Source: an uncultured Armatimonadetes bacterium
GTDB taxonomy: Bacteria > Armatimonadota > Hebobacteria > Hebobacterales > Hebobacteraceae
NCBI GenBank assembly: GCA_963716175.1
Contig: OY970296.1
Span: 4,480,001-4,544,000, forward strand
Direction: 5' to 3'
Length of the DNA stretch: 64,000 bases
In this document: in pieces, positions 1 through 10,040 of the stretch
How positions within the stretch are numbered: the stretch's first letter is position 1
Layout: each line of letters opens with the position of its first letter
The notes under the pieces: model-generated
Databases searched by the model: none
What the model was told of the DNA's origin: nothing
What the model saw: the letters and a program-made list of their open reading frames with translations, nothing else
Translations under genes and position numbers: made by a program

Positions 1-1
1 G

Positions 2-169
2 GAGGAGCTGGCGAGGAAAGAGAACAGCCTCACCAGAAAGCTGTTCCAGCAGGCGGGGTATCGCACGGCGGTCACGCCGCAAGCCTTGCAGCTAGCTGAA
101 GAGATCAGGGGTCGGGCCAAGAAGTGTCTCGCGAACCCGGAGGACTACGAGATCTGGGCGAACTACTAA
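2..169 (+). CDS. 3' end of a hypothetical protein entering the window (partial)
   Basis: Open frame from base 2 (EELARKENSL...EIWANY) to TAA 167-169; the stop is the first 3 bases of the repeat that follows. Confidence 0.6.
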   Translation, partial: EELARKENSLTRKLFQQAGYRTAVTPQALQLAEEIRGRAKKCLANPEDYEIWANY

Positions 170-268
170 AGAGCTTCGCCGAATGAAGTAACACGGCGAA
201 GCTCAAGAGGCGGCCCAGACGGGCACAGGGCGGTGTTCGCACATTACTTCGTTGTGCGAACATCATTA
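167..268. repeat. MITE-like twin-hairpin repeat, family A, copy 1 (102 bp)
   Basis: Reverse complement of 26749-26850 and similar to 21314-21415; hairpins GAGCTTCGCC..GGCGAAGCTC and GTTCGCACA..TGTGCGAAC; imperfect terminal inverted repeats. Confidence 0.85.
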
Positions 269-396
269 GAGCGCATTTCAGAACCTACCGGCTGGCTGGC
301 CGCACCGCGCCTTCGCATGAAATGCGCCTGCCACGGCCTGACGTTGTGCAGTGCTGTTCCATAACCTCCCCTGGGAGGGTTATGAAACAGCTTCTA
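267..396. repeat. MITE-like twin-hairpin repeat, family B, copy 1 (130 bp)
   Basis: Direct repeat of 4137-4266; hairpins GCGCATTTCA..TGAAATGCGC and GCTGTTYCATAACC..GGTTATGAAACAGC; starts TAGAG and ends CTTCTA(G). Confidence 0.85.
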
Positions 397-470
397 GCGA
401 GGTGAAGGGTGGAAGTTGGAGGCTGAGAGTGGATAGTGGTACGGCGCTGCCACCTCTCTGGTATCAGGCA

Positions 471-516
471 ATTTCAGATCTCAGATCTCAGATCTCAAAT
501 CGCAAATCGCAGATCC
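471..516. repeat. Heptamer tandem repeat, about 6.5 units
   Basis: ATTTCAG ATCTCAG ATCTCAG ATCTCAA ATCGCAA ATCGCAG ATCC just before the RBS of the next gene. Confidence 0.8.
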
Positions 517-533
517 TACCCCGAGGAGGCATC

Positions 534-1400
534 ATGCTGACCACACGACAGGCCCTCGGAAGCCTTGCCCCGAGGTTGCTCTGCTGCGCCGTGCTACTGG
601 CTGCTCTCGGCCTCGTGCCAGGGGCCTATGGGGAAATCCCGCCCAAGACAGCAAAGACCAGGTCGGGAGTGGAGATGGTCCACCTGCCGGGCGGCTGGTT
701 CGTGATGGGGGACGCAAAGGGAGCGCCGGACGAGAAGCCCCACAGGGTCTTCGTGGATGCCTTCTACATAGACAAGCACGAGGTCACCCAGGAGCAGTAC
801 CGGAAGCTCGTGGGGGCTGATTACTCCCGCTGGAAGGACAAGAACGGCCCGGTGGAGCAGGTCACGTGGGCGGCGGCCGCGCGGTACTGCAATGCGCGCT
901 CGCGCGCGGAGGGCCTCACCCCCTGCTACGACACCAAGACCTGGAAGTGCGACTTCGCCGCAAACGGCTACCGGCTGCCCACGGAAGCGGAATGGGAGTA
1001 TGCTGCGCGGGCTGGCAAGACCTCCAGCTACTTTTTCGGCGATAGCCCCTCGGCCCTGCGGAACTTCGCCTGGGTCAAAGAGAACAGCGGCGGCCGCCCC
1101 CGCGAGGTGGGCAAGAAGCTGCCCAGCCCCTGGGGGTTGTACGACATATACGGGAACGTCTGCGAATGGTGCAACGACTTCTACGCCGTTGACTATTACC
1201 AGAAGAGCCCGGCGAAGAACCCGAGAGGGCCGGCCTCAGGGAGTAAGCGCGTGGTGCGCGGTGGGAGCTGGAACTCCCGCGCCTCTGATTGCCGTTCCTC
1301 CTACCGCTCCTCGGAGAACCCGGCCTACGCCGATGTCTGCATCGGCTACTACGACGTCTATGGCCTCCGCTGCGTGCGAAGCGCAGGCAGCTCCAAGTGA
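534..1400 (+). CDS. Secreted FGE-sulfatase (SUMF1/EgtB/PvdO-like) domain protein
   Basis: GAGGAGG RBS at 523-529; signal peptide; motifs FVMG, HEVT, PVEQVTW, YRLPTEAEWEYAAR, GNVCEW, RGGSW. Confidence 0.9.
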   Translation: MLTTRQALGSLAPRLLCCAVLLAALGLVPGAYGEIPPKTAKTRSGVEMVHLPGGWFVMGDAKGAPDEKPHRVFVDAFYIDKHEVTQEQYRKLVGADYSRWKDKNGPVEQVTWAAAARYCNARSRAEGLTPCYDTKTWKCDFAANGYRLPTEAEWEYAARAGKTSSYFFGDSPSALRNFAWVKENSGGRPREVGKKLPSPWGLYDIYGNVCEWCNDFYAVDYYQKSPAKNPRGPASGSKRVVRGGSWNSRASDCRSSYRSSENPAYADVCIGYYDVYGLRCVRSAGSSK

Positions 1401-1449
1401 GCTGCTCTCCGCCGCCGGAGAAGGCCTGGCAACGGAGGAAGCCTGAAGG

Positions 1450-2745
1450 GTGAGCCAACCCAATATCTTGCACATCATCTGCCATGACCTGGGCCGACAT
1501 CTGCACTGCTACGGCCAGCCGGATGTCTCCAGCCCGCATCTCGACCAGCTAGCGGCTGAAGGCATTCGCTTCCAGGACTGCTTCTCCGCCTCTCCGCCCT
1601 GCAGCCCGGCGCGCGGCTGCATCATGACCGGACGCTACGCGCACAGCAATGGCCAGATCGGCCTCGCCCATCGGGGTTTCGAGCTGCCCGAGCGGGAGCA
1701 GACCATCGCTGACTACCTCAACGCCGCTGGCTACCTGACGGCGAACATCGGCCTCCAGCATGAGCGCGTGGACCCAGTGAAGAACCGCTACCAGACGGAC
1801 GATCACGAGTCCAACCACTGCGAGGTGGTGGCGCAGAAAGCCGCGGCCTTTCTCGCCGACAGAACCGGCAAGCCCGCGCCTCGCTTCTACCTCAATGTCG
1901 GGTTCAGCGAGGTGCATCTGCCCTTCACCCGGCCCGAGTATATCGCTGACCACCCCGACCGCGTCAGCGTTCCGCCCTGGCTGCCGGACAACCAGGGCGT
2001 GCGGGAAGAGCTGGCACGCTTCAACGGTGCCATCCGCTTCATGGACGAGGCGGCGGGGCTGATACTGAGGGCCCTGGATCGAGCCGGCCTCGACCAGAGC
2101 ACGCTCGTGATGTTCACCACCGATCACGGGATGGCCTTCCCCCGCGCCAAGGGGATGCTCTACGACCCGGGGATCGGCACCGCGCTGGTCATGCGCCTAC
2201 CCAGAGGCGAAGGCGGCCGGGGCCTTGTCAGGCCGCACCTGCTCAGCAGCATTGACATCGCGCCTACGCTGCTGGAAGCGGCCGGCATCCCCCCGCCCGA
2301 GCGCATCCAGGGGCGCAGCTTCCTCGGCCTGCTCACTGGGGATGACTACGAACCGCGGGACCGTGTCTTTGCAGAGAAGAACTACCACGACTGCTACGAC
2401 CCGATTCGCAGCATCAGGACCGACCGGTACAAGTACCTCCGGAACTTCGAGACCAGGCCGAAGATCATCCTGGCGAGTGATATGAAGAGGAGCTCGGCTT
2501 CCGATGTCATGTGGCCGTGGGCGAAGCAAGCGCGGGATGCGGAGGAGCTCTACGATCTACACGCCGACCCCGGCGAGATGCGCAACCTCGCCGGCCGGCC
2601 GGAGTGGGAGACGCTGCGCGCCGGCCTGGCGCAACAGCTACACCAGTGGATGGTTCAGACCTGCGATCCTCTGCTGAGCGGCCCGATGGCCGCGCCACCG
2701 GGGGCCCGGGTGGACCCGCCCGACCTGCTTGAGGAGAAGTCCTAG
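1450..2745 (+). CDS. Sulfatase (Cys-type, sulfamidase-like)
   Basis: PNIL..HDLG N-terminus, CSPAR formylglycine motif, TDHG, ELYDL..DPGE. Confidence 0.93.
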   Translation: MSQPNILHIICHDLGRHLHCYGQPDVSSPHLDQLAAEGIRFQDCFSASPPCSPARGCIMTGRYAHSNGQIGLAHRGFELPEREQTIADYLNAAGYLTANIGLQHERVDPVKNRYQTDDHESNHCEVVAQKAAAFLADRTGKPAPRFYLNVGFSEVHLPFTRPEYIADHPDRVSVPPWLPDNQGVREELARFNGAIRFMDEAAGLILRALDRAGLDQSTLVMFTTDHGMAFPRAKGMLYDPGIGTALVMRLPRGEGGRGLVRPHLLSSIDIAPTLLEAAGIPPPERIQGRSFLGLLTGDDYEPRDRVFAEKNYHDCYDPIRSIRTDRYKYLRNFETRPKIILASDMKRSSASDVMWPWAKQARDAEELYDLHADPGEMRNLAGRPEWETLRAGLAQQLHQWMVQTCDPLLSGPMAAPPGARVDPPDLLEEKS

Positions 2746-2778
2746 GCCGAGCGCAGGCCTGGCGGCCTGCCCTGGCCC

Positions 2779-3683
2779 TCACGCCCGCGGGTGATAGGCC
2801 TGGTATACCTCCCGCAGGCGGTCCACGGAGACGTGGGTGTAGATCTGAGTGGTGGCGATATCGGCGTGGCCCAGCAGCTCCTGGATGGCTCGGAGGTCGG
2901 CGCCGCCCTCCAGCATGTGGGTGGCGAAGGAGTGGCGCAGAGTGTGAGGTGAGACCGGGGTGCGGATGCCGGCCTGACGAGCGTAGCGGGAGATGATGCG
3001 CCAGAAGGCGACCCGGGTGAGTGGCCGGCCTTTGTTCCCCAAGAAAGGGGAGCCGCGGCGTCGCGGCGGGCGGCCAGGTAGGCCCGCACGGCCGCCAGCG
3101 CGGGCGCCCCGACGGGGACGATGCGCTCTTTCGAGCCTTTCCCCACGCAGCGCACCAGCCCCAACTCCAGGTTGAGGTCGCCTCGCTTCAGCCCCACCGA
3201 TTCCGAGACGCGCAGACCGGCGGCGTAGAGCAGCTCCAGCATGGCGCGGTCGCGCAGGCCGCGCCGGGTGTTGACATCAGGCTGCCTGAGCAGATCCTTC
3301 ACTTCCGCGATGGTGAGGACGGAGGGGAGGCGGCGCAGCAGCCGCGCCGGGGGCAGGTTGGTGGTGGGATCGGCTGGGATCCTCTCCTCTCGCACCAAGT
3401 GCCGATAGAACGCGCGCAGCGCGGAGAGCTTCCGCATCACGGTGGCGGGGGCGGCAGCCGAGCGGCGAAGCTGCCCCAGGTAGGCGATCAGGTGGGATTC
3501 CTTCACCCCCGTGGCCTCACCAATCCCCCGCGACAGCAGGAAACGCAGGTGATGCAGCAAGTCCCGGCGGTACGCCTGGAGGGTGTTAGCAGAGAGCCCG
3601 CGCTCCACCGCCAGGCTGTCGAGGAAAGCCCGCAGTGCGTGGGTGAAAGCAGATGGCAGCGGCGACAGCTCGGTTTGGCTCAT
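2779..3683 (-). CDS. xerD: Site-specific tyrosine recombinase XerD; frameshift near 3045
   Basis: [28 protein letters not shown] and GKGSKER in one frame; [25 protein letters not shown] in the 2779..3042 frame. Confidence 0.88.
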
Positions 3684-3706
3684 CAGACTCAGATACCACG
3701 CCTGGG

Positions 3707-4123
3707 TCAGAGACTCGATTGGCGCGAGCCTTGCCCGGTGGGCCAGCACAGCACGGCAAGACAGCACAGGGCGAGGGCGAGCTGGCCGCGCAGGCCTCGC
3801 ACTTTCCGGCCGTGGAACCTGCTGTGGGTGGGAAGCAACAGCTTCTCGTCCGGAATGTCCAGGGCGCGGGCGACCACGTTCTCGACATCGGGCGCGGCCG
3901 CACCCAGGGCGCCCGCGAACTCCGGCGAGGTGAAACCTCGCGCCGCGGCGACAAGGCCCAGCGCCGTGCCCAGCAGCAAGCCCTCCTCCGCGATCTCCAG
4001 ATCGCGATGAGGCGATAGGTCCAGCGGCAGATGAGACACGAAGCCGAGCGCGAAAGCCTGGCCCGGGGTGCGACAGAACCGGCCGAGGGCGGCGCCGGTG
4101 AGGGCGTGGACAGCAGCGATCAT
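3707..4123 (-). CDS. Small membrane protein, possible metal-dependent hydrolase (YdjM-like)
   Basis: Hydrophobic segments with His motifs HALTGA, SHLPLD..PH, PD, H..FH. Confidence 0.6.
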   Translation of the reverse strand: MIAAVHALTGAALGRFCRTPGQAFALGFVSHLPLDLSPHRDLEIAEEGLLLGTALGLVAAARGFTSPEFAGALGAAAPDVENVVARALDIPDEKLLLPTHSRFHGRKVRGLRGQLALALCCLAVLCWPTGQGSRQSSL

Positions 4124-4136
4124 GGGCTCTGCTGAC

Positions 4137-4266
4137 TTGAGCGCATTTCATCACCTACCTGCTGGCTGGCCGCACCACGCCCTCGCATGAAATGCGCCTG
4201 CCGCTGCCTGACCTTGTGCGGTGCTGTTTCATAACCTCCCCTGGGAAGGCTATGAAACAGCTTCTT
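4137..4266. repeat. MITE-like twin-hairpin repeat, family B, copy 2
   Basis: Near-identical to 267-396, same orientation, intergenic. Confidence 0.85.
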
Positions 4267-4317
4267 GCCTCGGGATCCGAGACGCCGGGAAGCCTGAGGG
4301 AGAGCTTCCAGCAAGGC

Positions 4318-5328
4318 CTAGCGGGGCCGGGGCTCAGGCTTGACGCCCCGGAGCCAGCACCAGTACTCGTAGATGGTCCACAGGTAGTTGCGGGTCTCGC
4401 GATAGGGGGGAACACCTCCGTAGCGGCTGACCGCGCCGGTGCCGGCATTATACGCGGCCAGCGCGTGAAGCGGGTCGCCCCCGTACCTATCGAGGTTGCG
4501 CTTGATGATCCGGATGGCCACCTCCAGGTTGGCGACCGGATCGTATGGGTCCACGCCGTGCGCGGAGGCGGTGGCCGGCATCAGCTGGCCCAGGCCGGCA
4601 GCCCCTTTGTAGGAGCGAGCATTCGGGTTGAAACGGGACTCTGCGGCGATCACAGCAACCACCAGGAAGTAGTCGCCGACGCCGTAGCGGTCGCAGTAGC
4701 TGATGATGCTATCGGCGATCATGGCAACGTCATTCGCCGACAGCCGTGGGTTGAGATAGGAGATGGCGCGCTTGATGATCAGCGAGACATCGCCACCGCG
4801 GCTGGGCAGCGTGGTGGTGCGGCTGAGCTCTGCCGCGGAGCGAGCGATCTCCTCCTTGTCCTTCACCGGCATCTTCAGCGCGGCCCTGGCGGCCTGGGCG
4901 AGCACATCTATCGGGGTCTTATCCCAGGTCACGTCCACCAGATCGAGGCGAGATCGGCCGGAGGCATCGGCCGGTTTCACCAGGCAGCGCACCCGGCCCT
5001 CGCTCTGAACCTCCGGGCGGACACCTTTGCACTCGATCTCGACCGTCGCCTTGTCCACCAGCTCGAGGATGATGACCCGCTTGTCGCCGGTCTCGAGCAG
5101 GCCCTGGATCACGCCCGAAATCTGAAGCGACCGGCCGGGCTCGGTGCGGCGGGCCTGGTCTAGCTGAGGGCCGCTGACCACATCCAGGGGCTTGAGCAGG
5201 CGAACGGATTTCGCGTACTGCGCCTCTGAGTTCGCAGAAGCGACAGGGGAAGAGCAGAGGAGGACCGTGAGGGCGGCCCAGAAGGCCCCCCGCGTGGACC
5301 GTGTGTGCGAAAGAGCAGGCCGACACAT
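4318..5328 (-). CDS. Lytic transglycosylase (SLT domain)
   Basis: AESRFNPNA, GA.GLGQLMP, ALAAYNAG, PPYRETRNY; N-terminal signal/TM segment. Confidence 0.9.
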   Translation of the reverse strand: MCRPALSHTRSTRGAFWAALTVLLCSSPVASANSEAQYAKSVRLLKPLDVVSGPQLDQARRTEPGRSLQISGVIQGLLETGDKRVIILELVDKATVEIECKGVRPEVQSEGRVRCLVKPADASGRSRLDLVDVTWDKTPIDVLAQAARAALKMPVKDKEEIARSAAELSRTTTLPSRGGDVSLIIKRAISYLNPRLSANDVAMIADSIISYCDRYGVGDYFLVVAVIAAESRFNPNARSYKGAAGLGQLMPATASAHGVDPYDPVANLEVAIRIIKRNLDRYGGDPLHALAAYNAGTGAVSRYGGVPPYRETRNYLWTIYEYWCWLRGVKPEPRPR

Positions 5329-5337
5329 GGCACAGGG

Positions 5338-5348
5338 ATTATACCACA
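5338..5348 (-). promoter_or_regulatory. Extended -10 promoter (TGTGGTATAAT), near-leaderless
   Basis: TGnTATAAT on the minus strand, 9 nt before the ATG at 5328. Confidence 0.5.
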
Positions 5349-5493
5349 GTCGCACCCGAGCGGCAAGGCTGACTGCAGAGCGTTCCTCTGCGGCAGGAAG
5401 TAGATAGGCCCAGGCGAAGTCGCAATCAGGTCTGGTGGATCTGTGGTCCACCATCTTGGCACTGTCTGGAGATGGCGAACGTTGGAGGCGCAG

Positions 5494-6432
5494 ATGGCGA
5501 AGATCGCACGAGATATCGTTGAACTCATCGGGAACACGCCCCTGGTGCAGCTCAACCGCGTCACAGATGGAGCGGCGGCGCGCATTCTGGCGAAGCTGGA
5601 GTTCTTCAACCCGGCCGGAAGTGTGAAAGACCGCATCGGTATGTCAATGATCGCGGCGGCGGAGCGTGAGGGGCGGATCACCCCTGGCAAGAGCGTGTTG
5701 GTCGAGCCCACCAGTGGGAACACCGGGATCGCGCTGGCGATGGTGGCGGCGGCCAAGGGCTATCGGCTGATCCTCACCATGCCGGACACGATGAGCCTGG
5801 AACGGCGCGCGCTGCTGCGGGCTTTCGGGGCGGAATTGGTGCTGACGCCCGGGAAGCATGGCATGCGGGGGGCAATAGCGCGAGCGGAGGAGCTGGTAGC
5901 GGAGACCGCTGGGGCCTTCATGCCCCAGCAGTTCAACAACCCGGCCAATCCGCAGGTGCACCGAGAGACAACGGCGGAGGAAATCTGGCGAGACACCGAC
6001 GGCCAGCTCGACATCTTCGTGGCCGGCGTTGGCACAGGAGGCACCATCACCGGGGTGGGCCGGGCGCTCAAGCCTCGCCTCCCCCACCTCCAGGTGATCG
6101 CAGTGGAGCCGGCCGCCTCCCCGGTGCTCTCTGGGGGCGCGCCCGGGCCGCACAAGATACAGGGCATCGGCGCGGGGTTCAAGCCGGAAGTGTTGGACAT
6201 GGGAGTGGTGGACGAAGTGATCACAGTGACCGATGACGATGCCATCACCATGGCTCGCCGCATCATCCGGGAGGAGGGGATTCTCTGCGGGATCTCGTCC
6301 GGCGCCAACACCTGGGCGGCGGTGCAGGTGGCGAAGCGCCCCGAGAACGTGGGGAAGACCATCGTCACCGTGCATCCCAGCACCGGCGAGCGCTATATCT
6401 CCACCGTGCTCTTCGCGGAGTTCAGGGACTGA
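5494..6432 (+). CDS. cysK: Cysteine synthase A
   Basis: [13 protein letters not shown]-lysine motif, [23 protein letters not shown]. Confidence 0.96.
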   Translation: MAKIARDIVELIGNTPLVQLNRVTDGAAARILAKLEFFNPAGSVKDRIGMSMIAAAEREGRITPGKSVLVEPTSGNTGIALAMVAAAKGYRLILTMPDTMSLERRALLRAFGAELVLTPGKHGMRGAIARAEELVAETAGAFMPQQFNNPANPQVHRETTAEEIWRDTDGQLDIFVAGVGTGGTITGVGRALKPRLPHLQVIAVEPAASPVLSGGAPGPHKIQGIGAGFKPEVLDMGVVDEVITVTDDDAITMARRIIREEGILCGISSGANTWAAVQVAKRPENVGKTIVTVHPSTGERYISTVLFAEFRD

Positions 6433-6520
6433 CTCGACGCGCCAGAACCCGCGGGAACGGCGCTGGCAGGAGAGGGACTGACGGGAAGAGAACGCTGCGC
6501 TTTCGCGGAGACTGCCGCCG

Positions 6521-7723
6521 ATGGCATCGTGGTCAGGCCTTGCCAAGCCAGTTCGTCACGCGTTGCGCTGGGATGCCACTTCGGGGGCGCTTGGCGGACT
6601 GTTCTCCGGGGCGCTCTTCCCCTTTCTGGGTGTCATCGCGCGGCGCGATCTGCACGCTTCCGCCTATCTGATCGCGCTGCTGAGCGCCTCCGGCGCGGTG
6701 GGCAATCTCTTCAACCCGGTGATAGCCCACCACATCCGGAACCGGGCGAAGCTCCCGCATGCGGTCTGGCCCGCGCTCGCCGGCCGTGCTTGCTTCCTGC
6801 TCATGCCCCTGGCGGTGGTGGCGCCAGCCTACGTCGCGATCTGCTTCCTCGCCAACGCGGTCGCCGCCCTCGCTTCTCCCGCCTACGCCGCGGTGATTCG
6901 AGATGCTTACCCGATGGACCGGCGGGGGCAGCTCATGGGGTGGGTACGGGTGGTAGCCGTTGCCGGGTCCATGATCGGCGCTCTGGCGGGAGGTTTCGCC
7001 CTGGCGAGAGTCAGCTTTCGCTGGGCCTTCCCGATGGCAGCGGCAGTAGGGCTACTGGCCAGCATGGCCTTCTCTCGCATCGGCGTGCCTGCGGCCCCGG
7101 AAGGGCCGGCATCACCGAGGCCCGGAATGCTGGAGAGCTACAAGCTGGTCCGGGCCGATCGCACGTTCGGGCTCTACTCCACCTGCTTCTACCTCTATGG
7201 CTTCGGCAACCTGATCATGGGGCCTGTGGTCCCGGTCTTCCAGGTGGATGTGCTCAAGATCAGCCCGCAGTGGGTCGGCTATCTGGCCATGGTGGCTTCG
7301 GCCTCGAGCATGTTGGGATATCTCTACTGGGGCCGGGTGCTGGACCGGCACGGGCCGTTCCGCCTGATGCTGATGGTGATCTCGGTGATCTCGCTCATGC
7401 CGGTCACCTACTTCTTCGCCCGAGGGGTGCCGGTGCTGCTGATCGCAGCCGCAGCAAGCGGGTTCGCCATGTCCGGTGGAGACCTGGGATACGTGAACGC
7501 GGCGATGTGCTTCGGCCCGCGCCACGCAGCCGCGGCCTATGCCGGGATGTTCGCTTTCCTCCAGGCCTGCCGGGGTATCCCCGGTCCGTTCGTCGGGGCG
7601 GCGCTGAGCAACCTGGTGGGCCCGCGTCCCGTGTTTCTGGTCGCGCTGGGCCTGTGGGCAGTCGCGGTCACGGTCCTGGTAACGCGAGGAGGGCTGCGGA
7701 TCAGGCCGCAGCAGGACGGGTGA
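6521..7723 (+). CDS. MFS transporter
   Basis: About 12 hydrophobic helices; GRVLDRHG motif A-like. Confidence 0.85.
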   Translation: MASWSGLAKPVRHALRWDATSGALGGLFSGALFPFLGVIARRDLHASAYLIALLSASGAVGNLFNPVIAHHIRNRAKLPHAVWPALAGRACFLLMPLAVVAPAYVAICFLANAVAALASPAYAAVIRDAYPMDRRGQLMGWVRVVAVAGSMIGALAGGFALARVSFRWAFPMAAAVGLLASMAFSRIGVPAAPEGPASPRPGMLESYKLVRADRTFGLYSTCFYLYGFGNLIMGPVVPVFQVDVLKISPQWVGYLAMVASASSMLGYLYWGRVLDRHGPFRLMLMVISVISLMPVTYFFARGVPVLLIAAAASGFAMSGGDLGYVNAAMCFGPRHAAAAYAGMFAFLQACRGIPGPFVGAALSNLVGPRPVFLVALGLWAVAVTVLVTRGGLRIRPQQDG

Positions 7724-7751
7724 TCACGCTGCCACCAATCCGGGAGGGCGA

Positions 7752-8950
7752 TTACCCCTCTAGCAGCCGTACCGCGGTCAAGGTTAGCATGGCGGCGCCG
7801 ATCGGGAGCACGCGGCGGTCATCGAAGTCGAACTGGGCGTTGTGGCCGGGTGCAACGAATCCCTTCTTCTCATCCCGGATGCCGATGCGGAACATGGCCG
7901 CCGGAACGCCGGCCAGCGCGAAATAGGAGAAATCCTCTCCTCCCAGGCCCGGCCTCGGAATCTCCGTCAGGCCGTCCTCCCCGAGCATCTCGCGGGCTGC
8001 CCCAGCGATCACGTCCACAACCCCGTCATTGTTGACGAGGGGCGGATAGCTCTCCTCGATCTTCACCCGCAGGCTGGCACCGACGGCGGCAACGACCTTC
8101 CGCAGATCGCCTCTCAAGAAGCGAAGGATCGCTTGCCGGCTCTCGGGTTCCAGGCTGCGAATCGTCCCCTCCAGGCTCACCTCGTCTGCGAGGATGTTCA
8201 TCCGCGTGCCCCCGCGGATGATACCAAACCCGATCAGTCTGCGATCGAGCGGATTGGTATGGCGGGCGACGAACTGCTGAATGGCGAGAAAGGCTTGGCA
8301 GGCCGCCGAGATCGCGTCCACCCCCAGGTCCGGGCGGGCGACATGGGAGGTCTTCCCGCGGACAGTCAGGGTGACGTCATCCACCTGGGCGGTGTCGTAG
8401 CCGCGCCTGATCCCGACTTTGCCGGAGGCGGTCTCGGTATCCACGTGGAGGGCGGCGATCGCGGATACCTTCGGGCGCGCCAGCACGCCGTCTGCGATCA
8501 TGCGGGGCGCGCCCCCGCGCCCTCCTCCCCGGGTTGAAAGATCAGCTTCACATTGCCCGGCAGCCGGCCGCGCATCCGGTGCAAGATGGCGGCCGCGCCC
8601 AGCAAGCAGGCCACGTGCCCGTCGTGGCCGCAGGCGTGCATGAGACCAGGCTTACGCGAGCGGTAGGGCGCCTGGCTTTGTTCATCGAGCTCGAGGGCAT
8701 CCATGTCGGCCCGCAGGCCGATGGTCCTGGCGCCGCGCCCCCGAACCAGTCCAACCACCCCGGTCTCACCCACGCCCTCCCTGACTCTGTCCACCCCAAT
8801 CTCGCGGAGCCGCGCGGCCACGAAGGCCGCGGTCTCGTGCTCCTGCATGCTGGGCTCCGGGTGCATGTGGAGGTGCCGCCGCCAGGCCACCAGCCTGGAG
8901 GTCAGGTCCTGGGCTTCAGAAAGGATATTGCTTCCCCTGATTCGCCTCAC
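7752..8950 (-). CDS. M20 family amidohydrolase; frameshift near 8510
   Basis: RRHLHMHPE, LRADMDAL, MHACGHDGH, FQPGEEG then GGEDF, H..FDFD in a second frame. Confidence 0.88.
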
Positions 8951-9091
8951 CTTGTCTTCCTTTCCGGCCTATGCTCGTGCGCCGATTGGTCTCGGTTGAC
9001 AGCACCCGCGTTCGCCGCGGCGGAACAGGCTTCCTATCTGGCAGAGGGCAGGGAGCAGAGAAGAGAGGAGAGAACTGCAAGAGGGGCAACG

Positions 9092-9120
9092 GGTAGGGCA
9101 GGCCTGCGACCCGCCCTACC
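9092..9120. repeat. GTAG-flanked palindrome (REP-like hairpin)
   Basis: GGTAGGGCAGG..CCCGCCCTACC between divergent genes. Confidence 0.45.
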
Positions 9121-9149
9121 ACGGCCACGATGGTTACCTGGCAAGCAAG

Positions 9150-10040
9150 GTGACGGAAACTCCGAGTGCCCCGCTCGATATCTGCGTTGTCTCCTGGCGG
9201 ACGCGCGATCTCCTCCGCGGCTGCCTCAGGTCGGTCGTGGGGCAGTCCGAGGCGGCCGAGATCGTGGTGGTGGACAACGCCTCCGGGGACGGGACGGTGG
9301 AGATGGTGCAGAAGGAGTTCCCGCAGGTCCGCCTCATCGCGAACGATCGCAACCTCGGTTTCGCGGCCGGGAATAACCAGGCGATCCGGGCCACCAAGGC
9401 CCCTTTCCTCTTCCTGCTGAATCCGGACACTGAAGTGCAGCCGGGAGCGTTGCCCGCACTGCTGGGTGTCTTCGGTGAAGGTGAACGAATCGCGGCGGTG
9501 GCCCCCCAGTTGCTCCTCCCGGAGGGCTCGATCCAGCGCTCCTGCCGCAGCTTCCCAGAGCCGGCCGCGCTCCTCTATGATGCTGTAGGCCTGGCTCGCC
9601 TCTTCCCTGGCAGCGAGGCCCTCGGCCGGTATCGTATGACCTATTGGGACCACAACAGCCGCCGGGAGGTGGATCAGCCCATGGCCTCGGCCCTGGCGCT
9701 GCGCCGGACCGCGCTGGAGGAAGTGGGGCTGTTCGACGAGGATTTCCCGCTCTATTTCAACGATGTGGATCTGTGCTTCCGGCTGCGGCGAGCGGGCTGG
9801 AGAATCCTGTTTGAGCCCAGGGCCAAAGTGGTGCATCATCTGGGCGCAAGCACCGGGCAGGTGCGCCCGGCCGCCATCATGGAGTCACACCGCAGCCTGA
9901 TCCGGTTCTACCGGAAGCACTATCGCGGGCGCGTCTGCTGCTGTGCGTACTGGCCCGTGGTCGCTGGCGCCTGGCTCACGATGTGGCCTCGCGCTGGGGC
10001 CGCCTGGCTCGCCGCGAGGATGAAGAGGCGTCGTCCCTGA
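9150..10040 (+). CDS. GT2 glycosyltransferase (WbbL-like)
   Basis: VVDNASGDG, NLGFAAGNN, LNPD, GLFDE.F..Y..DVDL. Confidence 0.9.
   Translation: MTETPSAPLDICVVSWRTRDLLRGCLRSVVGQSEAAEIVVVDNASGDGTVEMVQKEFPQVRLIANDRNLGFAAGNNQAIRATKAPFLFLLNPDTEVQPGALPALLGVFGEGERIAAVAPQLLLPEGSIQRSCRSFPEPAALLYDAVGLARLFPGSEALGRYRMTYWDHNSRREVDQPMASALALRRTALEEVGLFDEDFPLYFNDVDLCFRLRRAGWRILFEPRAKVVHHLGASTGQVRPAAIMESHRSLIRFYRKHYRGRVCCCAYWPVVAGAWLTMWPRAGAAWLAARMKRRRP

Noticed and set aside
9040-9075. Purine-rich heptamer-like run
   Set aside because: Too degenerate to call a repeat
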